A stretch of 64,000 nucleotides of DNA from Clostridia bacterium. Its GTDB lineage: Bacteria > Bacillota > Clostridia > TANB77 > CAG-508. Every line of letters starts with the position of its first letter. The stretch's first letter is position 1. The notes beneath the pieces were generated by a model. That model had not been told where the DNA came from. It was given only the letters and a program-made list of their open reading frames with translations, and searched no databases. The DNA lies in the NCBI GenBank assembly GCA_017510825.1, contig JAFWMA010000011.1, positions 57,646 through 121,645 of the forward strand, written 5' to 3'. Shown here one piece after another: positions 38,109-47,602 of this stretch. The translations under genes and the position numbers were made by a program.

Positions 38109-39527
38109 ATGAATGTAGATACAAAAAAATGGACTAATAAAATTATGAGAGTAGCTGAGAATAAAAAATATTTTATTTACACAATGGGATGCCAATTAAA
38201 TGAAAATGATTCTGAAAAGATTTCTGGAATACTAAAGGAAAGTGGTTTGATAAAAACAAGTAATCCAGAAGAAGCAGATATAATTGTATTTAATACATGT
38301 TGTGTTCGTGAAAATGCGGAAGAAAGATTACTTGGAAAAATTGGTGAAGTTAAAAGATTTAAGGAAAACAATGGAGCAATTTTAGTAATAGCAGGATGTA
38401 TGATGCAAGAGAAAAATATGGTTGAAAAAATTAAGAAAAGTTATTCTTTTGTTGATTTGTTATTTGGTCCACATACATTAGATAAATTTCCAGAAGATTT
38501 ATATTATGTGTTGGAAGAACATAAAAAGGTTGATGATATAATAGATATTGATGGAGTAATATATGAAGGTATACCTGTTGATAGGAATGACAAGTATAAA
38601 GCTTCTGTTTCAATTATGAATGGATGTAATAATTTTTGTTCTTTTTGTATAGTTCCATATGTTAGAGGAAGGGAAAGAAGTAGAAATCCACAAGATATAA
38701 TAAATGAGATTCAAGAATTAGCTAAACAAGGCTATAAAGAAATAACATTATTAGGTCAAAATGTAAATTCATATTTGGTTAGTCAAAAATTAAAAGGTGA
38801 AAATGTTGATTATAGAGTTAAATTAAAGGATTCTCAAGAAGAATTAAATGTTAATTCATTTGCGACTTTATTACGTTCAATAAACAAGATAAAAGGAGTA
38901 GAAAGAATTCGCTTTATATCTCCACATCCAAAAGATTTTACTGATGATGTAATAGATGCGATTAAAGATTGTGGAAATGTGTGTAAATTAATTCATTTAC
39001 CATTACAGTCAGGCAGTACAGAGATTTTGAAAGTAATGAACAGAAAGTACACAAAGGAACAATACTTAGGTTTAGTTGAAAGAATTAGAGAAAAGATTCC
39101 AAATGTAACTTTTTCTACAGATATTATTGTAGGATTCCCTGGAGAAACAGAAGAGGATTTTGAAGATACATTAGATGTAGTACGACAAGTTTGTTTTGAA
39201 CAAGTATTTATGTTTATATATTCAAGAAGATTTGGTACAGTAGCAGATAAAATGGAGAATCAAGTTGAAGAGAAAGTTAAACATGAAAGATTTGAAAGAT
39301 TGAAAAGACTATATGAAAGCCAAGTTGAAAAAGTAAACAAATCATATATTGGAACAATACAGAGAATATTTGTTGAAGGAACGAGTAAAACAAATAATAA
39401 GATTTTAACTGGTAGGACAGAATCAAACAAAGTTGTAAATTTTGAAGGTGGCAAAGAATTAATTGGTAAAATGGTTGATGTTAAAATAATATCAGAACAT
39501 ATGTGGTATTTGAAAGGAGAAATATAG
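38109..39527 (+). CDS. miaB: tRNA-2-methylthio-N6-dimethylallyladenosine synthase
   Basis: N-terminal UPF0004 cysteines (YTMGCQLNEND ... NTCCVRE ... GCM), radical SAM CNNFCSFC, C-terminal TRAM domain. Confidence 0.9.
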   Translation: MNVDTKKWTNKIMRVAENKKYFIYTMGCQLNENDSEKISGILKESGLIKTSNPEEADIIVFNTCCVRENAEERLLGKIGEVKRFKENNGAILVIAGCMMQEKNMVEKIKKSYSFVDLLFGPHTLDKFPEDLYYVLEEHKKVDDIIDIDGVIYEGIPVDRNDKYKASVSIMNGCNNFCSFCIVPYVRGRERSRNPQDIINEIQELAKQGYKEITLLGQNVNSYLVSQKLKGENVDYRVKLKDSQEELNVNSFATLLRSINKIKGVERIRFISPHPKDFTDDVIDAIKDCGNVCKLIHLPLQSGSTEILKVMNRKYTKEQYLGLVERIREKIPNVTFSTDIIVGFPGETEEDFEDTLDVVRQVCFEQVFMFIYSRRFGTVADKMENQVEEKVKHERFERLKRLYESQVEKVNKSYIGTIQRIFVEGTSKTNNKILTGRTESNKVVNFEGGKELIGKMVDVKIISEHMWYLKGEI

Positions 39528-39548
39528 ATTGTAAGAAATACTTTGAGG

Positions 39549-39597
39549 GACACCTACCAAAAGCAGATAAAAAATCTGCTTTTGGTAGGTGTCTTTT
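39549..39597 (+). terminator. Strong intrinsic terminator after miaB
   Basis: Perfect 20-bp stem (39549-39568 / 39574-39593), 5-nt A loop, then TTTT. Confidence 0.85.
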
Positions 39598-39715
39598 AAA
39601 GCAAAAGAAATTAAAAAAACTGGAACTTTGTAATAAAAATGTAACCAAAAATTAATATAAATGAAACAAAGGTTAGAAAAGCTTGTAGTTATAAGGGCAA
39701 ACACACATACTGACG

Positions 39716-39755
39716 TTTTACAACTGTTGACATATAGTTGTAAAAGAGATATATT
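39716..39755 (+). promoter_or_regulatory. Putative promoter with a perfect 10-bp inverted repeat around the -35
   Basis: TTGACA (39727-39732), 17 nt, TATATT (39750-39755). The inverted repeat TTTTACAACT (39716-39725) / AGTTGTAAAA (39736-39745) brackets the -35. About 175 nt upstream of 39932. Confidence 0.35.
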
Positions 39756-39931
39756 AAGTGTAAATTGTAAATTTAGATGATTATTCAAAAATTTAGGAAA
39801 AGAATTGGAATTATCTAATTAATATTTTAAAGTTATTAATAAAAAACATATTGGATAAAAGTGCTATTCTAACTATTAGATGTATACCAAAATGCTTATA
39901 TTTTTGATTAGTCTAAAGAAAGGGAGAAAAA

Positions 39932-41027
39932 ATGGAAAGAAACAAAAAGATAAAAAAAGTAAATTTGAATGAAATGGGTATTACACTTGTGGCGTTAGTG
40001 GTAACAATTATTGTTTTGCTAATTTTAGCAGGAGTAACAATAAGCTTAGTTTTAGGTGATAATGGAGTAATTGGTAGAGCTCAATATGCATCAAATATGT
40101 GGGCAAATGCTACAAAGGATGAGTATAAAACATTACAGGAAATGAGCAATGAAGTATCTAGATTAAGTGGAGGTGGCTCTAGTGCTGGAGGAAATACAGG
40201 CACAACAATACATGTAAATGGAACAGATATAAGCACAATAAGTGACTTAAGTACGCATTATGGAGAATTGACAGATTTTACAAGTGTAGCGGGAGTAACT
40301 TGGGATTTGTTTTATGATGATGCAGATAATTATTATTTAATAGCAAGTGACTATGTGCCAGGAAACACATTACCAAATGAATTAGTAACAACAGAACAGA
40401 CTACATCATATTGTGCATATTTTTCAACAGAAACATGGGATGGAAGTTCATATGTTTATGTAGGGACAATAATGGATAATACTCCTTGGAGTAATGGAAC
40501 AACATCAACAACGGTAACGGGAAATCCATTAACTAATAAATATTTAAAATGGGTAAATAGTAGTTTAGTAAGTACTACCAACAATCCAGGTATGAAAGCA
40601 GTAGCATACATGATGGATACAACTAAATGGAGTAATTTTGCTGGTGGAGTAGATGGTGCATATGCAATTGGTGGACCGCCATTAGAAATGTTTGTAAATT
40701 CATATAATGCAAAACATGATACAAAATTAGGAACATATGGAACAAGTGCAAGTGATATAACATCAACAAATGCAAATGAATGTGGATATAAGGTAAAATT
40801 AGGAAATGATTCATGGGATATTTATTGTGAAGGATTAGATACAAGTGGAACAGGAGGAAATACATGGGTTAGGACAGGAGATGATAAGGCTTATGCATAT
40901 TGGTTAGCATCTACAGGAGCTACTTATGAAGAACCTTTGTTTATTGGATTGTTCCGGATCTTTAGGTTCAGGTGTAGGTGGACCGTGTGATTTTGGATTC
41001 CGTCCTCTTGTTTCAATACCAAAATAG
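39932..41027 (+). pseudogene. Type-IV-pilin-like exported protein, paralog of 9570-10670, frameshifted near the C-terminus
   Basis: N-terminus EMGITLVALVVTIIVLLILAGVTISL. The frame-2 ORF ends at 40990 in nonsense sequence (FRIFRFRCRWTV). Frame 3 (open 40908-41027) encodes DCSGSLGSGVGGPCDFGFRPLVSIPK, matching the paralog ending YNVRPMVSLP. The shift is near 40944-40947. Confidence 0.65.
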
Positions 41028-41403
41028 TTTGTTAGTATTATGATAGAGTAGGGTTTATATGGTACATTGAACTGCTAAAAACGAATTACAAAAATACTGT
41101 ATTTGCTAGATGAAAAATTATTAATTTTCAAATTTTTAAAAGATGAATTGTAAAAAATAATAACAATTTCATCTTTTTTTGATTTTATAATAACAAATTA
41201 AAATTAAAAAAATGTGAGGAGATAAAAAATATGGAGAAGAAAGAATTAAAAGCAGGATTTATTGATGAAAAAAAGGATTAGAATATGATTATTATTTGGT
41301 AAATGTCAATAAAAGCAGGACTTCCTTAAAGAATTCCATAAAGCAGAATAATATATTGGAAAGTTGTATGTTAAGCTTTTTGAGTTACTTTACTAGCAAA
41401 AAG

Positions 41404-41432
41404 TTGACTTATTATGTAAAAGTAAATATAAT
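41404..41432 (+). promoter_or_regulatory. Consensus sigma-A promoter upstream of the MYG1-like gene
   Basis: TTGACT (41404-41409), 17 nt, TATAAT (41427-41432). A small hairpin TTAGATTT/AAATCTAA follows. Confidence 0.55.
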
Positions 41433-41521
41433 TATTATTAGATTTACTTTTTAAATCTAAGTACATTGAAAAAGTCCAATTTGTGTAGTTTAATGTTGCC
41501 GAAAGGCGGGAAGGGGCTGTA

Positions 41522-42466
41522 ATGCTTAGTATCAAATTTGGTGAAGTAATAATTACAAATCCAGAATCTGCGAATGCGATAACTCATGCTGGCACTTTTA
41601 ATGGAATTGATGTATATTCTACAGCACTTCTATCTCTTGTATTTTCGCAAGTTAGGGTTGCAAGAGTTGAATCTCTAGATGGTATTGAAATACATCCTGA
41701 TACAATTGTATATGATATAGGAGGAGTATATAATCCTGAAAAAAATAGATACGATCATAGAGATTCTAGGGCTAATGGGTGGCGTTATATGACAAAGCGA
41801 AAGACTTTTGGTCTTTTATTGAAGCAGTTTGGTGAAGAAGTACTTATTCATATGCGACTAGATAAGAAGTATATCAAAGATGTATATGAAAGTGTTGAAC
41901 ACTATTTGGTAGAGGCTATAGATAGAGACGAAGTTCACTCTGAACATAGACATAGAAATGCAATGAATGCTTCTAGTGAGATTTATGATTTTAATCCAGT
42001 AGAAAATGATAGTGATTTTTCAGATAAAGCTTTTTTGAATGCAGTTCAACATGCTGAGATAGTACTAAGAAATACAATAAGAAATGCTATTGGAGTAGCT
42101 ACTGGTCCTGATGCAATTGAAAAAGAGATTGAAAAATCTCATAATGGAATTTTAGCTCCTGAATTTTTCTATCCACTTCAGTGGGAAGTTCATTCAGGTT
42201 CACGTAATCCTAAAAGGGATGAAATATATTTTATAGTTTATCCTTATGTTACAGGGGATTGGTGGGTTGATACTACTAGAACTGCATGGGATAAACATAT
42301 GGAATTCCCAAAGGAATGGGAAGGAAAGAGGGGCGATGATTTTGCGGAAATCACAGGAGTGGCAGATGCTACATCTTGTGATAGTATGGGACTACATTGC
42401 AGAGCTAAAACCCGTGCAGGTGCGATGCGCCTTGCTGAGCTAGCAATTGAGGCTAATAATAAATAA
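41522..42466 (+). CDS. MYG1/UPF0160-family (DHH-superfamily) protein with substituted metal-site motifs
   Basis: Collinear with the MYG1 pattern: THAGTFNGIDVYSTALL (family: THxGxFHxDE), DIGGVYNPEKNRYDHRD (family: DVGGxYD...RYDHHQ), IYFIVYP...W, and a C-terminal ...GLHCRAKTRAGAMRLA. The 3' half is visibly G+C-richer than its surroundings. Confidence 0.65.
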   Translation: MLSIKFGEVIITNPESANAITHAGTFNGIDVYSTALLSLVFSQVRVARVESLDGIEIHPDTIVYDIGGVYNPEKNRYDHRDSRANGWRYMTKRKTFGLLLKQFGEEVLIHMRLDKKYIKDVYESVEHYLVEAIDRDEVHSEHRHRNAMNASSEIYDFNPVENDSDFSDKAFLNAVQHAEIVLRNTIRNAIGVATGPDAIEKEIEKSHNGILAPEFFYPLQWEVHSGSRNPKRDEIYFIVYPYVTGDWWVDTTRTAWDKHMEFPKEWEGKRGDDFAEITGVADATSCDSMGLHCRAKTRAGAMRLAELAIEANNK

Positions 42467-42485
42467 AATGTACTAAAGGCAAAAG

Positions 42486-42517
42486 GCAGGATACCATAAT
42501 TGAGGTACCTGCTTTTT
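42486..42517 (+). terminator. Intrinsic terminator
   Basis: Stem GCAGG(A)TACC / GGTACCTGC followed by TTTTTGCTTTTTTT. Confidence 0.7.
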
Positions 42518-42709
42518 GCTTTTTTTGTGTTTTTAGGAGAGTTACTTTAAGAGACATTAGTTAAAAACAATTTTTTATTAAAAATATGTTTTGGATTGGT
42601 GATTTTTAAAGCATTTCTTCTTAAAACAAAAAAGAATAAAAAAAAGTTGAAATAATTCGCTTTTTGTAATATAATTCTTGTATAAATTTAATAAATTAAG
42701 GAGGATATT

Positions 42710-43585
42710 ATGGGATTTTTTTCTAATGCGTTTTCAAAACAAACTTGTGTATTTTGTAACAATGAGGTAGGTGCTTTATCAAGAAAAAAACTAGTTGACA
42801 AAAACTATATTTGTAAGGAGTGTGAAAAAAATTGTAGTGCCTTTTTAGATCCTGCAAGATTTGACACAGAATATATTAAACAACATATGGAATATATGAA
42901 GAAGCAGGATATTCTTTACAAAAAAGAATTTGAACCAATAGATAAAAAGCAAAAAGATCGTTTTGTTAAAGAAGGATATTATGGTGTTGAATTTGCAGAT
43001 GAGATTGCTATGTTTGAAGTAATAGATCCAAAGGCAAATAAAAGAAATTATAAAGAATTATTTAGATATGATCAAATTAAGGACTATGAAATATATACTA
43101 AGGAAAATATGTCGACAGAAGGTGGAAAAAAGTATGCAGAGGTTGGTGTAAAAATTAAAATGAGTTGTCAAATAGGCCCAAGCTCAGCAGGAATGTCTGA
43201 TGAGGAAAAGAAACATGCGCATCCATATGTAGAAGAGCTTAATATTTTGTGTGCAAGAAATGTAGATAATACATCAGATACTAGTTTGTTAATAGGACAT
43301 TTAAATAAAATATTTGGTAGAGGTAGTGATACTGTGTTTGGTTCAATTAAAGAATCAATTGTTGGAACTGAACATGAAAGACAAGGTTATAAAGCTGGGG
43401 CAGATGCTTTGAAAGCTCTTGGAAGTATGGCAAAGGCAAAAATGTCTGGAGATGAAAATGCTGAAGAAGAAGCTAAAGAAAAAATGGAGCAAGCAGTGGA
43501 TAGTTCATTTGCATTTGTTTCTGAAAATAGAACTACATATGCTAGAATTGCAGATGATGCTGAAAAAAGAGCTTGGGGAGAATAG
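42710..43585 (+). CDS. Zinc-ribbon (DUF4428-like) protein, unknown function
   Basis: N-terminal CVFCNN...ICKECEKNC four-Cys ribbon directly after the start. C-terminal helical K/E/A-rich tail. Has its own promoter: TTGAAA (42647-42652), 17 nt, TATAAT (42670-42675). Confidence 0.5.
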   Translation: MGFFSNAFSKQTCVFCNNEVGALSRKKLVDKNYICKECEKNCSAFLDPARFDTEYIKQHMEYMKKQDILYKKEFEPIDKKQKDRFVKEGYYGVEFADEIAMFEVIDPKANKRNYKELFRYDQIKDYEIYTKENMSTEGGKKYAEVGVKIKMSCQIGPSSAGMSDEEKKHAHPYVEELNILCARNVDNTSDTSLLIGHLNKIFGRGSDTVFGSIKESIVGTEHERQGYKAGADALKALGSMAKAKMSGDENAEEEAKEKMEQAVDSSFAFVSENRTTYARIADDAEKRAWGE

Positions 43586-43743
43586 AATTACTGAATAAAA
43601 AATGTCATACATATTCATTTCCTAAAGTATTATATTCTATTATCTTTATTGCTTCCATAATTGCAATTGTTTTGTAATTTATAAAGATTTAAGAAATTAT
43701 AAATGTAATTATTTTGTAAAAAACGAAAGGTGTAAAAGGTAGG

Positions 43744-44604
43744 ATGAAAGAAACAAATGTTAAATTATTTTTAGGGATTACTTGTGCTGTAATTTATGGT
43801 GTTCTTAGGATAGGAGATTTAGTAGCTCTCTCAATACGTATGGATGGAGATTTGATTAGATATGTATTGGTTGGTATTTCTTCAATTATAGTAACATTTA
43901 TTTTAGTTTTAGTTAGTACTAGAAAAAATAGTAATATGGATATGAATGATATTACAAAAAAATTTGTAGTAGCTCCACTTATTGTTTCAGCAATAATTTT
44001 AGTGTATGGAATATATAGTGTGTATTCAAATTTAGATAAAATAAAAAAGAGTAGCATTTATTCAGTATATTCGTCAATGTTTAAAGATGAGGCTAGTGAA
44101 ATAGAAAATAGTGCAATGACAGGTGCAATATTGAATTGGGGAATAACAGCACTTGTTTATTTAATAACATCTGAAGGTGTGTTGTTTTTTATGAAGAAAA
44201 GAGTAAATGTTTCGCTAGATGATCATTCGGCAAATTTGGCTGACACGATTAGTATGCAAAATGATGTTATTAATTCGGTTGGTCAAGGGTATGCTAATCA
44301 GAATGGTATTGGCCAAGGGTATGCTAATCAGAATGGTATTGGCCAAGGGTATGTTAATCAGAATGGTGTCAGCCAAAGGCCTGCTAATCAGAATGGTATT
44401 GGCCAAGGGTATGCTAATCAGAATGGTGTCGGCCAAGGGTATGCTAATCAGAATGGTATTGGCCAAGGGTATGCTAATCAGAATGGTATTGGCCAAAGAC
44501 CTGCTAATCAGAATGGTATTGGCCAAGGGTATGTTAATCAGAATAATGTTGACAATAGCTCTGTTAATCAAAATGAAAATAGTAATACTGAAACTCAGAA
44601 TTAG
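43744..44604 (+). CDS. Membrane protein with a C-terminal G-Q-G-Y-A-N-Q-N decapeptide repeat array
   Basis: About 4 TM helices in the first 160 aa, then 9 near-perfect repeats of GQGYANQNGI. Confidence 0.6.
   Translation: MKETNVKLFLGITCAVIYGVLRIGDLVALSIRMDGDLIRYVLVGISSIIVTFILVLVSTRKNSNMDMNDITKKFVVAPLIVSAIILVYGIYSVYSNLDKIKKSSIYSVYSSMFKDEASEIENSAMTGAILNWGITALVYLITSEGVLFFMKKRVNVSLDDHSANLADTISMQNDVINSVGQGYANQNGIGQGYANQNGIGQGYVNQNGVSQRPANQNGIGQGYANQNGVGQGYANQNGIGQGYANQNGIGQRPANQNGIGQGYVNQNNVDNSSVNQNENSNTETQN
44281..44550 (+). repeat. 9 x 30-bp in-frame tandem repeat
   Basis: Unit GGCCAAGGGTATGCTAATCAGAATGGTATT begins at 44281, 44311 ... 44521. Two units carry the AGGCCT/AGACCT (QRP) variant. A degenerate tenth unit is at 44551-44580. 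Confidence 0.95.
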
Positions 44605-44763
44605 AATCAAAAAAATGGGATTTATAATTAGGTATAAGTATACACGAATAGCTAGTGTATACTTATTTTTATACTTGTCTTTCAAAAGCTCTTGTTAATT
44701 TTGTAAAACTATGATAATATTACTGTGTTATAAAGGTAAAGAACCTGGAAAGGAAAAACATTT

Positions 44764-47529
44764 ATGCTAGAAGACGAAAAAGTTAAATCTGCGAAATTAG
44801 CAATTGAAAGAAATGAGCAAAAAGATAAATTTACACCAATGATGAGGCAGTATATTGAAACTAAAGCAAATTATACAGATTGTATTTTATGTTATAGATT
44901 AGGTGATTTTTATGAGATGTTTTTTGAAGATGCAATAATTACATCTAGAGAGCTTGAACTAACTTTAACAGGCAAAGACTGTGGTCAAGAAGAAAGAGCT
45001 CCTATGTGCGGAATACCACACCATGCTATAAATTCATATATTCCAAAACTAGTTGAAAAAGGGTATAAGGTTGCGATTTGTGAACAACTTGAAGATCCAA
45101 AAATGACTAAGGGATTAGTTAAAAGGGATGTCGTTAAAGTTATAACGCCTGGGACAATAGTTGATGGAAATATCCTGGAAGAGAAGAAAAATAATTATAT
45201 TATGTCGATATATAAGGAGGGTATGTTTTTTGGTATTGCAGTGTGTGATATTTCAACAGGTGACTTTTATGCGACAGAAATAAAAGAAGATAATAATTTT
45301 GCAAAGTTATTAGATGAAATGTCTAGATATAATCCATCTGAAGTATTAGTAAATAAAATGATGACTGAAAGCAAAATTGAATTAAAGAAAATTCAGCAAA
45401 GATTTGATTGCTTTATTACAGAGGAAGAAGAAAAGAATAATATAGAAAATGAAGAGGTTAGTGATAGAGCTGGTGTGGGAAATGAATCCTATATAATTTC
45501 ATCCGAAAACAAAAAATACTGGAATAGTAAAGGAAATGGTGCCTTTACTAATGATTCAAACAGTATAAAAAATAAATTTGAAGTTTTAGATAAGAATAAT
45601 AATTATGTAGACATTGAGAAAAAGATGTTTGCAATTTGTGCAATTAATGGTTTAATGAATTATGTTGAATCAACTCAAAAAGAATTTCCTCAAAATTTGA
45701 GTACTATCATTTTTTATGAACCTACTAAATATATGTCTCTTGATATAAGTGCTAGGCGTAATTTGGAAATAACAGAAAAAATGAGAGATAAATCAAAAAA
45801 AGGAACTTTGCTTTGGGTATTAGATAAAACCTCTACATCAATGGGAGGGAGGCTTATTAGAAGATGGCTGAGTGATCCGCTAGTTGATATTAATGATATA
45901 AATGTTAGATTATTTGCTGTGAAAGAATTAAAAGATAGCAGGATTTTAAGAGATGATATTACAGATGCCCTAAAAAACGTTTATGATATGGAGAGATTAG
46001 CAGGTAAGATTTCTTATGGAACTGCAAATGCACGAGATTTGATTTCGTTAAAAAACTCTGTAGCTCAATTACCAAAATTAAAGCAGGCATTGTCAAGGAC
46101 CGAGTCTGACTTACTCAAAAATATGTTTCAATCTTTAGATACATTAGATGATTTATATGAATTAGTTGATAAAGCTATAGAAGATGATCCACCAATTACT
46201 CTCAAAGATGGTGGAGTAATAAAAAAGGGATATAATGATGATGTTGATAGGCTGAGAGATATAACCACAAATGGAAAACAATTTCTTATAAATATTGAAG
46301 CTGAAGAACGTGAAAAAACAGGTATTAAGAATTTAAAAATAGGATATAACAAAGTTTTTGGATATTATATTGAGATATCTAAATCATTTGTTAAACTAGC
46401 TCCAAAAGATAGATATATTAGGAAGCAAACTTTAACAAACGGAGAGAGATTTATTACAGAAGAGTTAAAGAAATTAGAAAATGAAATAATTGGTGCACAA
46501 GAAAAAATAGTTAATTTAGAATATACTGAGTTTGTGAAAATTAGAAATCAAATTGAGGAAAATGCAAAAAGATTGCAAATATCTGCAAGTATAGTTTCAA
46601 AGATTGATGTTCTTTGCAGTTTTGCAAGAGTTGCAGAAGACTATAATTATTGTATGCCTGAGGTTAATGATTCTGATGTAATTGATATAAAAGATGGAAG
46701 ACACCCAGTAATTGAAAAAATATTGCCTGCAGGGGATTTTATACAAAATGATGCATATTTAGATTCAAATGAAAATAGATTAGATATTATTACAGGTCCT
46801 AATATGGCAGGAAAGTCAACTTATATGAGACAAGTTGCTCTAATTACTTTAATGGCCCAAGTTGGTAGTTTTGTACCAGCATCATATGCTAAAATTGGAG
46901 TTGTGGATAAGATATTTACTAGAGTTGGAGCATCAGATGATTTGGCTATGGGAGAAAGCACATTTATGGTTGAAATGATGGAAGTTGCTTCAATTTTAAA
47001 AAATGCTACTTCAAAGAGCTTGGTGATATTAGATGAAATTGGAAGGGGAACATCAACATATGATGGTCTTTCGATTGCATGGGCAGTTGCAGAGCAGATA
47101 TCTAAAATAAAAGCGAAGACATTATTTGCAACACATTATCATGAGTTGGTAGATTTAGAAAATAAAATTGAAGGAACAAAAAATTATCATATAGCTGTTA
47201 AGGAACATGGTGAAGATGTAATTTTTCTAAGAAAAATTGTTGAAGGTGGAACAGATGAAAGTTATGGAGTTCATGTTGCGAAGTTGGCTGGAGTTCCAAA
47301 AGATGTTACAAGAAGAGCTAATCAAATATTAAGAACCTTAGAAAGAAAAAGTATATTAAGAAATGAAAAATTATCAAGAACGGAGCAACAAGAAGAACAA
47401 GGACAAATAAGTATGTATAATTACAAATTAGCTGAAATAGCTCATGAATTGGACGCTATTGATTTAAATATAATGACGCCAATGGATGCTATGAATGTTT
47501 TAGCAAAATTAAAAGAAAAAATGATGTAG
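44764..47529 (+). CDS. mutS: DNA mismatch repair protein MutS
   Basis: N-terminal TPMMRQY...FYEMFFEDA mismatch-binding motif. Walker A GPNMAGKSTYMRQ. DEIGRGTSTYDG and TLFATHYHEL. Confidence 0.97.
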   Translation: MLEDEKVKSAKLAIERNEQKDKFTPMMRQYIETKANYTDCILCYRLGDFYEMFFEDAIITSRELELTLTGKDCGQEERAPMCGIPHHAINSYIPKLVEKGYKVAICEQLEDPKMTKGLVKRDVVKVITPGTIVDGNILEEKKNNYIMSIYKEGMFFGIAVCDISTGDFYATEIKEDNNFAKLLDEMSRYNPSEVLVNKMMTESKIELKKIQQRFDCFITEEEEKNNIENEEVSDRAGVGNESYIISSENKKYWNSKGNGAFTNDSNSIKNKFEVLDKNNNYVDIEKKMFAICAINGLMNYVESTQKEFPQNLSTIIFYEPTKYMSLDISARRNLEITEKMRDKSKKGTLLWVLDKTSTSMGGRLIRRWLSDPLVDINDINVRLFAVKELKDSRILRDDITDALKNVYDMERLAGKISYGTANARDLISLKNSVAQLPKLKQALSRTESDLLKNMFQSLDTLDDLYELVDKAIEDDPPITLKDGGVIKKGYNDDVDRLRDITTNGKQFLINIEAEEREKTGIKNLKIGYNKVFGYYIEISKSFVKLAPKDRYIRKQTLTNGERFITEELKKLENEIIGAQEKIVNLEYTEFVKIRNQIEENAKRLQISASIVSKIDVLCSFARVAEDYNYCMPEVNDSDVIDIKDGRHPVIEKILPAGDFIQNDAYLDSNENRLDIITGPNMAGKSTYMRQVALITLMAQVGSFVPASYAKIGVVDKIFTRVGASDDLAMGESTFMVEMMEVASILKNATSKSLVILDEIGRGTSTYDGLSIAWAVAEQISKIKAKTLFATHYHELVDLENKIEGTKNYHIAVKEHGEDVIFLRKIVEGGTDESYGVHVAKLAGVPKDVTRRANQILRTLERKSILRNEKLSRTEQQEEQGQISMYNYKLAEIAHELDAIDLNIMTPMDAMNVLAKLKEKMM

Positions 47530-47602
47530 AATAAAATATTAAGAGTTGTACAAAATGGCAGGATTATGTCAAAAGGGTCGCTCAAAATGGCAGGAGGAAT
47601 TT

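Noticed and set aside
41231-41281. 16-codon ORF (MEKKELKAGFIDEKKD) after a GAGGAG-like site in the gap before the MYG1-like gene
   Set aside because: It is too short to support and has no conserved context. It could be a leader peptide, but nothing in the sequence requires that.
42246-42443. 65-aa same-strand ORF inside the MYG1-like gene
   Set aside because: It is an alternate frame of a gene whose main frame is collinear with a conserved family. It has no RBS.
44215-44698. Long ORFs on both strands across 44215-44698
   Set aside because: They are alternate-frame or antisense read-through of the 30-bp tandem repeat. Their low-complexity (LANTILISIP / MVLAKGMLIR) products are periodicity artefacts of the real gene 43744-44604.
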